From contig CAZRMJ010000002.1 of the NCBI GenBank assembly GCA_964601175.1, positions 5,842 to 69,841 on the forward strand: a stretch of 64,000 nt of DNA. Direction: 5' to 3'. The first letter of the stretch is position 1, and the number at the start of each line of letters is the position of its first letter. This document shows, one piece after another, positions 19,516 through 28,278 of this stretch. The translations under genes and the position numbers were made by a program. This DNA comes from Candidatus Woesearchaeota archaeon (lineage in GTDB: Archaea > Nanobdellota > Nanobdellia > Pacearchaeales > GW2011-AR1). The notes beneath the pieces were generated by a model that saw nothing but the letters and a program-made list of their open reading frames with translations, was not told where the DNA came from and searched no databases.

Positions 19516-19979
19516 TTTTCATTACAATTGGGACTCACCCTGATCAATTTGATAGGCTCATAAGAAGAATAGATGAAATTGCTCCAAAAATAAATGAAAA
19601 GATAATAATTCAAAGAGGGTTTACTAAATATGCTCCTAAAAACTGCGAATATTTTGATTTTACTGATAAAATGGATGAATATTATAAGAAGGCAAGAATA
19701 GTTATCGCTCAATCTGCAACTTCTCTAATAGAGTTTATCTTAAAATATGGCAAACCAGTCATAACTGTTCCAAGAGAGTCTAAATATAAAGAACATATAA
19801 ATGACCATCAAGTTGAATTTGCAGAATATTTTGCTAAAAGGGCAGGAGTTCTTCTCATTAGAGATATGAATCAAATTACTCCTAAATTACTCTTAAGCTA
19901 TAATAAAAAACCTAAAATAAATTTGGAAGGTTTGCATAAGTTACAGGATTTGATAAAAAAGGTTATTGATAACTCATGA
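19512..19979 (+). CDS. Alg13/PssE(CpsG)-like glycosyltransferase subunit (GT28 C-terminal)
   Basis: MIFITIGTH..QFDRLI, IQRG, KP.I.VPR....EH.NDHQVE. Confidence 0.9.
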   Translation: MIFITIGTHPDQFDRLIRRIDEIAPKINEKIIIQRGFTKYAPKNCEYFDFTDKMDEYYKKARIVIAQSATSLIEFILKYGKPVITVPRESKYKEHINDHQVEFAEYFAKRAGVLLIRDMNQITPKLLLSYNKKPKINLEGLHKLQDLIKKVIDNS

Positions 19980-20629
19980 TTTCTGCAGATAATAGAACCG
20001 ATTATATAATTAAGTTAGCTGAACTCAAAAGGAGTGATTCTGTTTTAACAATAGGAATATCTAACATTCCTGAAATTGAGAGAATAATAGAAAAAAGAGT
20101 AAAGTTATGTGCTTGTATAGATTTGGATAAAAATAAACTAAATCATGCTAAAAAATACCTGGAAAAAACTAAACTAATTTTTGCAGATATATTGAATCCC
20201 CCTAAAGACATTTTTGGAAACTTTGATACTGTGATTATGCTTGAAGTTCTTGAGCACATAGATAATGATGGTGCTGTAATTAAAAATATACATAAAATTT
20301 TGAAAAAAAATGGAAAATTGATATTGACTGTTCCAAATAAACACCCATTACATTTGATTAATCCAGTAAAATACACCCAACATAAAAGACATTATAGCAT
20401 GGAAGATATTATTAAAGTTTTAAAAAATGGTCAATTTAAAATAGATTTTACAAATACGGTTGAATCTCCAAAACTAATTTTTGATTTATATGTGCACCTT
20501 TTTTGTAAATATATCCTTAATAAAAACGTTCCATTTGCAATACTTACAGGAAAGAAAGATTCTACTTATTTAAAAATTAATAAAGATTCTAAAGGTCTTG
20601 ATTCTTTAGTTGTTGCTTCGAAAATTTAA
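19976..20629 (+). CDS. Class I SAM-dependent methyltransferase
   Basis: FDTVIMLEVLEHI, LK.NG.LILTVPN, HKRHYS; motif I is degenerate. Confidence 0.8.
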   Translation: MISADNRTDYIIKLAELKRSDSVLTIGISNIPEIERIIEKRVKLCACIDLDKNKLNHAKKYLEKTKLIFADILNPPKDIFGNFDTVIMLEVLEHIDNDGAVIKNIHKILKKNGKLILTVPNKHPLHLINPVKYTQHKRHYSMEDIIKVLKNGQFKIDFTNTVESPKLIFDLYVHLFCKYILNKNVPFAILTGKKDSTYLKINKDSKGLDSLVVASKI

Positions 20630-21618
20630 ATATATTTTATAAAATTTTTTATTTTAGAGGTAGTTACAAAACCATATAAAAGAGTCATGAAGAATACGTA
20701 AAATGGGTGCATAACCCAGTAAAATTTTTTCGTTCTATACATTATAGGTAAAACTTGAATTAAGGGTACAATTAAAGTTAAATTTGTTAAAACCATTATA
20801 AAGAATCTAAAGATGCTTGGAGGATTGCCGACTTTTGTCCAGTTAAATGATTTGTGTTCATATTCTTTATCTATGAATCTATGGAAATATATTGCTTTTT
20901 TCTTTAAAAAACTAAACATATTATTAGAGGTTTTATGGTAAACTCTTGGCTTTATGTGCACTGCTACTTTCATATTCTTGCTGGCCATTGATGCAGATAC
21001 ATCCACATCTCTAGTATACCCGTTTATTATTTTGAATACTTTTTTTCTGAATGCGCATCCGTTGGCACCTATAAATAAAATATTTCTTTTTGAAAGGTTA
21101 TAAGTGTAATAATCTCCATCTTTTTTAAATTTAGACGGATTTAAAATTATCTGGGAAGTTAAAGAATAAGGAGCTGCAAATGGATCTTCTACTCCTAAAG
21201 CATTTACATATCTTAAAAAGTTAGTATCTTTTTCTTGGGGAGAGGTTAGCGATTGCGAGGCCATTATATTTTTATCTTTGAATGGTTCTAAAATGTGTTT
21301 TAACCAATCCCTATTAGTAAGAATATTATCGTGATCTAAAAAAATAATGAATTCTCCTTTGGCCCTGGATACACCTTGATCTTTCCCATTTCCCCTACCT
21401 TCAGATAATTTGTTTGGATTATTAAAGAGTTTTATGCCTTTTTCCCTTTTCATGTAAGATTTCACTATATCAATAGTCTTATCCTTAGAACCTCCATCGA
21501 TTATTATTATTTCATAGTCTTTTTTTGAAAAGTCTTGCATTAATATGGAATCAATGCATTCTTTGAGGGTTCTCTCTGCATTGAGTATTCCTAAGATGTA
21601 ACTTACTTTTATTGCCAT
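20626..21618 (-). CDS. GT2 family glycosyltransferase
   Basis: N.ERTL..CI.SI..Q, IIIDGGSKDKT, IFLDHDN; C-terminal TM segments. Confidence 0.9.
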   Translation of the reverse strand: MAIKVSYILGILNAERTLKECIDSILMQDFSKKDYEIIIIDGGSKDKTIDIVKSYMKREKGIKLFNNPNKLSEGRGNGKDQGVSRAKGEFIIFLDHDNILTNRDWLKHILEPFKDKNIMASQSLTSPQEKDTNFLRYVNALGVEDPFAAPYSLTSQIILNPSKFKKDGDYYTYNLSKRNILFIGANGCAFRKKVFKIINGYTRDVDVSASMASKNMKVAVHIKPRVYHKTSNNMFSFLKKKAIYFHRFIDKEYEHKSFNWTKVGNPPSIFRFFIMVLTNLTLIVPLIQVLPIMYRTKKFYWVMHPFYVFFMTLLYGFVTTSKIKNFIKYI

Positions 21619-23435
21619 TATAATTTTATTTTATCTGGTTTAATATTATCTACATATATTTTATTCCAAAGTTCCAAGTTTAGAAGTGTCCAAATCTTAT
21701 GATCATTTCTATAATCTGTAGGTTTATTGATTAAGTTAGTTATTTCACTTGTCTTCAAAATTCCTCTTTTACTTAAATCAGAGATATGAGGACTTATTCT
21801 ATCTATGAAATCATTTTTTGTAGACCAGGTTGAAATTGGTAAGCTAAAACCTTGTTTTTTTCTTTTAATTATTTGCTCAGGAAGTTTATTTTTTATTACT
21901 TCTCTGAATAATTTTTTGTTTATCTTGTATTCTCTTTTTATGTTAAACATATAGGCGATTAAATCTTTATCTAAGAAAGGAGTCCTAACCTCTAAGCCAT
22001 GAGCCATGCTGGTTTTATCTACTTTCATTAAAAGGTCATTTGGAAGCCACTCTTTAAAGTAAAAATTAATTGAAGTTTTGTAAAGATCTTTTTGTAAATA
22101 ACTATCCAATATATTGCTTACATCATCCCCGGTATATTCTTTAATCTCTTGTTCATTAAATGGGAAATAATACAGCTTTTTGTAAGCTTCTTCTAGATTT
22201 TTGCTGCTTAATAATGAAGATCCGAAGTTATATATTTGTTTTTTAGGATATTTATTTAAAGAGGACATTAATTTTAAAGTTTGAGATATTGCGTAAGATA
22301 TTGGTCTTGGAATTTTATTAATTTTGTTTAATAAAGATAACCTGTTTATAGTATCATAACCTCCAAAAATTTCGTCTCCACCTTCTCCAGATAAAGCCAC
22401 TTTAACGTGCTTAGAAATTTCTTCTGAAAGGACGTATGTTGGAAGAGCTGCAGGATCTGAGATCGGTTCATCCATATGATAAACAACTTGGGGCAAATAA
22501 GATAATATATCTCTGTCAAGCATTATCTCTTTGTGATCTGTACCAAAATGCTCTGATACCAACCTAGAATATTTAGATTCATCAAGCCCTTCAGTAAAAC
22601 CTACCGAAAAGGTTTTTACTTTGTCTACTTTTCTTGACATGTAAGAAACTATCGCGCTAGAATCTAAACCTCCTGACAATAAAACCCCTACAGGTACATC
22701 AGAAATAAGCCTTTTTTCAATAGACTTTTCTAAAATTTCATCCAGTTGGTTTAAATCAGGATCTTTTTCTTCATTTAGGTTTGGAAGACTCCAATAATTG
22801 AATATCTTTAATTCTCCTTTGGAGAATATTCCGTATGAAGATGGGGGCAGTTTCTTTATGTCTGAAAAAACAGTATCGTTTCCAGGAGAAAACCTGGACA
22901 TTATAGTTTTAAGCATAATCTCTTTAGATATTTGATTAGATACTTCCGCTTCTAGGAGAGACTTTATTTCGGATGAAAAAATTAATTCTTTGTTCTTTAT
23001 TGAATAATACAATGGTTTTTTTCCGATCCTATCTCTTGCTAATATAATCTGTTTCTTTTTCTTATCATATATTGCTAACGCGAACATTCCATCAAGCATC
23101 GAAAAGATATCTGTTCCATAAAGATCATAACCTCTTAGAATAACTTCTGTATCGCCATCACTTTTAAATTTCAAACCCTCTTCAATAAGTTTACTTTTTA
23201 TTTCTTTGAAGTTATAGATTTCCCCATTAAAAACAATAACTAGAGATTTATGTTCATTAAACATTGGTTGATTACCCTTTGGGGAAAGATCTATTATGCT
23301 CAATCTTCTGTGCCCCAATGAGATATTTTTATCGGTAAAATGTCCACTGGAATCTGGACCTCTATGTGCGATGCAAGAAGTCATTTTTTTTATTAAAGAT
23401 TTATCTTCCCATGAAAACCCCGTTATTCCGCACAT
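21618..23435 (-). CDS. asnB: Asparagine synthase (glutamine-hydrolysing)-family amidotransferase
   Basis: MCGI, HRGPD, GHRRLSIIDL, FNGEIYN, LSGGLDSS, LSGEGGDE.FGGY, KVDKTSMAHGLEVRTPFLD. Confidence 0.93.
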   Translation of the reverse strand: MCGITGFSWEDKSLIKKMTSCIAHRGPDSSGHFTDKNISLGHRRLSIIDLSPKGNQPMFNEHKSLVIVFNGEIYNFKEIKSKLIEEGLKFKSDGDTEVILRGYDLYGTDIFSMLDGMFALAIYDKKKKQIILARDRIGKKPLYYSIKNKELIFSSEIKSLLEAEVSNQISKEIMLKTIMSRFSPGNDTVFSDIKKLPPSSYGIFSKGELKIFNYWSLPNLNEEKDPDLNQLDEILEKSIEKRLISDVPVGVLLSGGLDSSAIVSYMSRKVDKVKTFSVGFTEGLDESKYSRLVSEHFGTDHKEIMLDRDILSYLPQVVYHMDEPISDPAALPTYVLSEEISKHVKVALSGEGGDEIFGGYDTINRLSLLNKINKIPRPISYAISQTLKLMSSLNKYPKKQIYNFGSSLLSSKNLEEAYKKLYYFPFNEQEIKEYTGDDVSNILDSYLQKDLYKTSINFYFKEWLPNDLLMKVDKTSMAHGLEVRTPFLDKDLIAYMFNIKREYKINKKLFREVIKNKLPEQIIKRKKQGFSLPISTWSTKNDFIDRISPHISDLSKRGILKTSEITNLINKPTDYRNDHKIWTLLNLELWNKIYVDNIKPDKIKL

Positions 23436-25048
23436 TAAATTTTATAGTCTACTTTGTATAGAACTAATCCTCCAAAATTATTATCTGTTGGATATATCAA
23501 TGTGAAATCTGCTAAATTGTTAGATATTTTTTTCTTTAGATCATATTGTACTATTTGACCTTGAGGTGAAACAATTATGCTTGAGTTAAAATACTCAAAT
23601 ATGATCCCAATATAGCCTTGATCATTCTGCACATGTTTGACCATCCACAATGGATGATGTGGCTCGATAATTGAAGCCATTATGAACTTGGGTTTTTCTT
23701 TTAAGAGTAATTTAGTGAAGTTCTCCTTATCTAAATCGGCGTAAGTAATTACTTTTCTTTCAGAATAATCTGTTGTTTGAGTATATGAAACACTAAATAC
23801 TTTATCTTCAGGATCAGAATTATCTTTTATAATTAATGAAGCATCTTTTACTGGAAGATAAGTTAGTTTCTTGTTATTTATTAAATCGGTAGTATAACTT
23901 ATTTGGGATATTGAGTAATATGTAAAAACAGTTATTATTAAGACAATTAATACAATTTTAAGAGATTTATTTGCAGCTCCCTTTTTATTAATTATCGAAG
24001 CCACAAGATTTATTGGTTTAGCTGCGAAAAAGAAAATAAATGGGATCACTAATAAAACCCATCTATCTTCTATGGTTCCTTTTATATAAAATAAGTAGAA
24101 AAACGCTATTACTAGCAATGTAATCATTGAAAGAATACTTGGGTCAAACCTATTTTCTTTTTTGAAGATATTTTCATTTATTTTTAAGAAATAGTTTAAT
24201 AAAAATAAAACTGCGCCTACAAGGAATAGCATGAAAAAGAGAAAACCAGGGAATGATGCTGCAGAATTACTTGATTTATAAAAGAAATCAAAGACTCCCC
24301 ATCCTAAATTTCTTCCAGTATTAAAGTCTCCAGAATAAGATGGTGCAAAAGCTAACGGGCTTCCAAAAGATACCCATTGCCAAATCATAAACGGAATAAG
24401 GCCTACTATAAAGGCAATTAAAATTAACCAATAGTTCTTTTTTGTGAACAAACTGAGACCTTCATAATATAAGGAAAATATTACTATGGATAAAGGAACT
24501 AATAGTGCAGATATTTTAAAGTAAAAACCTGCTGCACACATGAGTCCAGTAAATATTGCATACTTGGAAGTTTTATGTTTCAAAAATCTCCAGAAAAATA
24601 GAAAAGATAAAACTTGAAAGTTAAGAGATAAGAAATCTGGTTGAAATCTTACGCTCCAAAAGTTTATTGACCAAACTAAAGATGTTGCAAATGCGCTAAT
24701 CAATCCAGTTTTATGCCCGTATAATTCCTTTCCTAAATAATATACTGCAACAATAAGAGTTATAGATGGTAGTGCTACTAAAATAAATTTAAGCGCTGTC
24801 TCTCCAAAACCAATTTTAAGAAGAAATGCTGCAAGCAACTGGAACAAAGGAGGCCTTTGTTCATTTAGATCATATGGCACTCCAAATGCCCAATGCTTTG
24901 CAGCAGACATATATTCTGCTTCATCCCACCAAAGTGTTTGTCCCGATGAAATAATGAAATAAAAAACCTTTATCACGAAAGCGATAAAGATAACTAAAGC
25001 TACCTGAAACATTTCATTTTTTAATAAATTAGATACTTTTTTTGACAT
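23435..25048 (-). CDS. GT-C membrane glycosyltransferase (PMT-2/ArnT-like)
   Basis: WWDEAEY, RPPLF, YYLGKELY, R.QPD, EDRW; multiple TM segments. Confidence 0.85.
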   Translation of the reverse strand: MSKKVSNLLKNEMFQVALVIFIAFVIKVFYFIISSGQTLWWDEAEYMSAAKHWAFGVPYDLNEQRPPLFQLLAAFLLKIGFGETALKFILVALPSITLIVAVYYLGKELYGHKTGLISAFATSLVWSINFWSVRFQPDFLSLNFQVLSFLFFWRFLKHKTSKYAIFTGLMCAAGFYFKISALLVPLSIVIFSLYYEGLSLFTKKNYWLILIAFIVGLIPFMIWQWVSFGSPLAFAPSYSGDFNTGRNLGWGVFDFFYKSSNSAASFPGFLFFMLFLVGAVLFLLNYFLKINENIFKKENRFDPSILSMITLLVIAFFYLFYIKGTIEDRWVLLVIPFIFFFAAKPINLVASIINKKGAANKSLKIVLIVLIITVFTYYSISQISYTTDLINNKKLTYLPVKDASLIIKDNSDPEDKVFSVSYTQTTDYSERKVITYADLDKENFTKLLLKEKPKFIMASIIEPHHPLWMVKHVQNDQGYIGIIFEYFNSSIIVSPQGQIVQYDLKKKISNNLADFTLIYPTDNNFGGLVLYKVDYKI

Positions 25049-25087
25049 ATTAGGCTTTATTCAGGGTGATTTAAATCTCTTTTGATA

Positions 25088-26206
25088 TTATTGACTTATC
25101 AAAGATTCTAGTTTTTGAATTATTTTGTCCCATTTGTAATTTTCAGAGAAAGCTCTAGCTTTTATTTTAATTGATGCAAGATCCTTTTTATTCGAATTTT
25201 GAACTAATTTTAAAACTCTTTCCAAATCTTTAGAATCTTCATTTTTGAATAGAAAACCAGTCACATTATCTTTTACCAATTCCTTATTTCCTTCATTATC
25301 GCTACATACAACTATCTTTCCTCTAGCCATTGCTTCTACAAGTGTTTGAGGCATACCTTCACTCTTTGAAGGAATCACAAATATTTCTGAGCGATCTAAT
25401 TCTTTTATTTGTTCAGAAGAATTATATTTTTTTGATATAAAATTGATGTTTTTTAAATTGTTTTCATTTGCTAAATCTTTTAATTTTGTGAGATAATCTG
25501 AATCTGCTGGACCCATTATCTCCAGATCGAAACCTTTAATTTTTGATAAAGCTGCTACCAATATTTCTAAATTCTTTATCGGGCTAACTCTTCCTGTATA
25601 GACTATTTTGATTAGTTTACTTGATTTTGTTGATTTTATCGGTTTAAAAAATTCTTTAGATATCCCGTTTGGAATATGATATATCTTGTTAATGCTGACT
25701 CCTAAATCTTTCAAATGACTATATTCCCATTTGGTTATTGCAATTATCCCAGTGAATTTTTTTAATTGCTTTCTACCTATAAATTTATCATATAAATTTA
25801 CAATTAAATTTTCTAAAAATGATCTAGAGCTTTTTCTTGCAAACGGTGCATGTGTGACTAAAAATATTTTACATTTCAGTTTCTTTGCTACCTTTAGAGC
25901 TTTTGAAACATGAATATGCCTGTATGCGTGAACTATGATTACATCTGGATTAAACTTAAGAGCCTCTCTTTCAAAATTCCAATACATGTAACTCTCTCCT
26001 CCAAGTTTTACACTTGAAAAACGTTTGATGTTTACTCCATTTACTACTTCTTCTGAAGCACATATCTCTTTTGAACCCTTTACATTATTTGTTGAAAAAA
26101 TTACTACTTCATGTCCTTTTTCATTTAAGAGCTTGGATTCATTTAATACCCTCATTCCAACCCCGCATCCTCCAGCAGTATAGTTGGTTATTTCAAGAAT
26201 TTTCAT
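25088..26206 (-). CDS. GT4 family glycosyltransferase
   Basis: IPNGI, TGRVSPIKN, PSKSEGMP.TLVEAMA.G. Confidence 0.92.
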   Translation of the reverse strand: MKILEITNYTAGGCGVGMRVLNESKLLNEKGHEVVIFSTNNVKGSKEICASEEVVNGVNIKRFSSVKLGGESYMYWNFEREALKFNPDVIIVHAYRHIHVSKALKVAKKLKCKIFLVTHAPFARKSSRSFLENLIVNLYDKFIGRKQLKKFTGIIAITKWEYSHLKDLGVSINKIYHIPNGISKEFFKPIKSTKSSKLIKIVYTGRVSPIKNLEILVAALSKIKGFDLEIMGPADSDYLTKLKDLANENNLKNINFISKKYNSSEQIKELDRSEIFVIPSKSEGMPQTLVEAMARGKIVVCSDNEGNKELVKDNVTGFLFKNEDSKDLERVLKLVQNSNKKDLASIKIKARAFSENYKWDKIIQKLESLISQ

Positions 26207-26246
26207 AATATATCCAATAAAATACTTTATTTAATAAACTTGGTGT

Positions 26247-27299
26247 CTAAATTAGTTTTCTATTTAAGTTTAGTACTTCACCCTTATAATCTTCTGCGCT
26301 TTTTGCTCTGTTCAACACATCATTTACTTCATTGAGAGTCTCGTCAATTCTTGTGCCTTCGAAACCGAATCCCAGTTTTGATCCATAGAATTTTAGAACA
26401 TTCAGGAATTCATATACTGTACTAAGCCTTAGCCTCCATTCAGAAGGCATTGATTCCATATTTGCCTGCTCAAGCCTTGAAGCAAGAGTAACTCTTTCAT
26501 AGCATTCTGGAGTCCAAGAATGATCCGGAACCTCTATCTTTCCAGATCCCCTCATTTGCTCGGGAGCTTCATAACGAAGAGGGTTGTTTACGCTAAAATA
26601 ACTCTGGGTGGCACCAAGTAATCTAGCCATCAACTGTAATTTCGCCTGTGGAAAACTGCATGACAGCTCTAGAGCACTTCCATCTTGGTATCTCCTTAAA
26701 AGTTTTTCAAGAACATCTCTTGAAAAAGCGTGTGCTGTTGCAGCAACATCTGTCAATCCTTCATCAAATGGCAAGTGCAGGGAGTAATGATGGTTGATTA
26801 TACTCTCTGTGAGAACTAGAGAAGTATGATGCGTATTAGTTGCGCTTGGGGATCTTCCGACTATTGTCGTAGTTCCATCTATTGTTTGGCCACTTATTCT
26901 TTCTAACATCTCTATGGTCTCATCAGGATAATATGCCAAGCCCATAGAAAACCTATCCGAATCCATATAAAATATTACAGGGGCTGATGAAGATTCAAGT
27001 CCAAGCTTTAAAGATTGGATATGATTTCTTTCAATGCCATTTTCTCCTTCTCTGAGAGGTTGTGCTGACTCTGCCAATAAATTAAAATTTGCAGATGCAA
27101 ACATGTATATATCTGAGGGATTTAGCATATCTCCCCTAGTTTTATCAGTAGCACTGATACACCACTGCAATCCTGACCCTGATAGTAGGGGCTCGATATG
27201 TCTGATAGCCTCAAGTGTTGAAGATTGGGGTTCATGCATTGTTGAAGAAATTACAACTTTACCGGCAATCCTTTTTAGCCTCTCTGTGTATTCATTCAT
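26247..27299 (-). CDS. Hypothetical protein, probable divergent GT-A fold
   Basis: 350-aa ORF with a DxD-like FYMDSDR and GRS..A..TH; composition differs from neighbours. Confidence 0.55.
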   Translation of the reverse strand: MNEYTERLKRIAGKVVISSTMHEPQSSTLEAIRHIEPLLSGSGLQWCISATDKTRGDMLNPSDIYMFASANFNLLAESAQPLREGENGIERNHIQSLKLGLESSSAPVIFYMDSDRFSMGLAYYPDETIEMLERISGQTIDGTTTIVGRSPSATNTHHTSLVLTESIINHHYSLHLPFDEGLTDVAATAHAFSRDVLEKLLRRYQDGSALELSCSFPQAKLQLMARLLGATQSYFSVNNPLRYEAPEQMRGSGKIEVPDHSWTPECYERVTLASRLEQANMESMPSEWRLRLSTVYEFLNVLKFYGSKLGFGFEGTRIDETLNEVNDVLNRAKSAEDYKGEVLNLNRKLI

Positions 27300-27383
27300 G
27301 TATTTCTGGTTTAAAAAGATTATATAAAGATATATATTTTATACAATAGGCTATTATTTAAGTTAATTTTTTAAGATCAAGTT

Positions 27384-28262
27384 ATGAATCCCCGAGTAAT
27401 TGTTTTCGGTTCCACAGGGTTGATTGGCTCCAACGTGCTTAAATCTTTAAGAGATCATGAGTTTAATGCTGAAGGAACCTCTAGAAGTGGGAAATATTCT
27501 ACCTCAAAGTTAGATATTACTAGAAGAGAAGACTTAACTGATTTTTTAAACTCTCGCCACCCTGAGGTCATCGTTAATTGTGCTGGAGTAGTAGGAGTCA
27601 ATGAATGCAACAGAGCTCCCTATGATTCTCTAGAAGTTAATACTTCTTTTGTTGGGAATATCTCAAGGTACTGTTCAGATAATGGTGCCAAGCTAGTTCA
27701 TTTATCCACTGTTGCAGTCTTTGATGGCAATAAGAAAACTCCTTATGAAGAAAAGGATCATCCAGATTTCCTTCAAGGGAATTTATACAATATAACTAAG
27801 GCAACAGCCGAAGCCATTGCAAGTTTAGTTCCAGATAATGTAATAATAAGAGTGGGAGATACTTATGGACTTTCTGCATTGCCTGAGAGGACTATTGGAG
27901 GAAGCGTATTTAGATATGCGTTTAATCAGTTGAAAAGTGGAAATGTTCTTGGAGCTTTTAAGGGGGTTATCACTAATCAAACTCTTCTTCAGGATATAGG
28001 ATCCTATGTCTGTTCATTGATTGAATCTGGGTTTTCTGGAAAAATAAATCTTGGAGGCGAGAGAGTTGATATCAGACAATTTTTTGACATGATTAAATCT
28101 ACATTCAACTTGCCTGGAGAAGTAATTGATGCTGAGTTGCCAAGTAATTATCAATCAAATCGTGCGCTTAATTTAAGTACAATGGAAAAGGAGGGCTTTG
28201 TAGTCAGACCTGTTGCTGAGGGTTTGGGAACTCTAGAAGATTATTTAAAAGCACAAAATTAA
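27384..28262 (+). CDS. NDP-sugar reductase (RmlD-like extended SDR)
   Basis: GSTGLIG, LDIT, VNCAG, HLST..VFDG.K..PY.E, Y..TK. Confidence 0.88.
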   Translation: MNPRVIVFGSTGLIGSNVLKSLRDHEFNAEGTSRSGKYSTSKLDITRREDLTDFLNSRHPEVIVNCAGVVGVNECNRAPYDSLEVNTSFVGNISRYCSDNGAKLVHLSTVAVFDGNKKTPYEEKDHPDFLQGNLYNITKATAEAIASLVPDNVIIRVGDTYGLSALPERTIGGSVFRYAFNQLKSGNVLGAFKGVITNQTLLQDIGSYVCSLIESGFSGKINLGGERVDIRQFFDMIKSTFNLPGEVIDAELPSNYQSNRALNLSTMEKEGFVVRPVAEGLGTLEDYLKAQN

Positions 28263-28278
28263 ATTATTTAAGTAAAAG

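Noticed and set aside
26210..26237. dif-like 11-6-11 imperfect inverted repeat ATATCCAATAA-AATACT-TTATTTAATAA at the edge of the foreign segment
   Set aside because: Only 8/11 symmetric in very AT-rich DNA, coincides with the expected GT4 promoter, and no partner site was seen.
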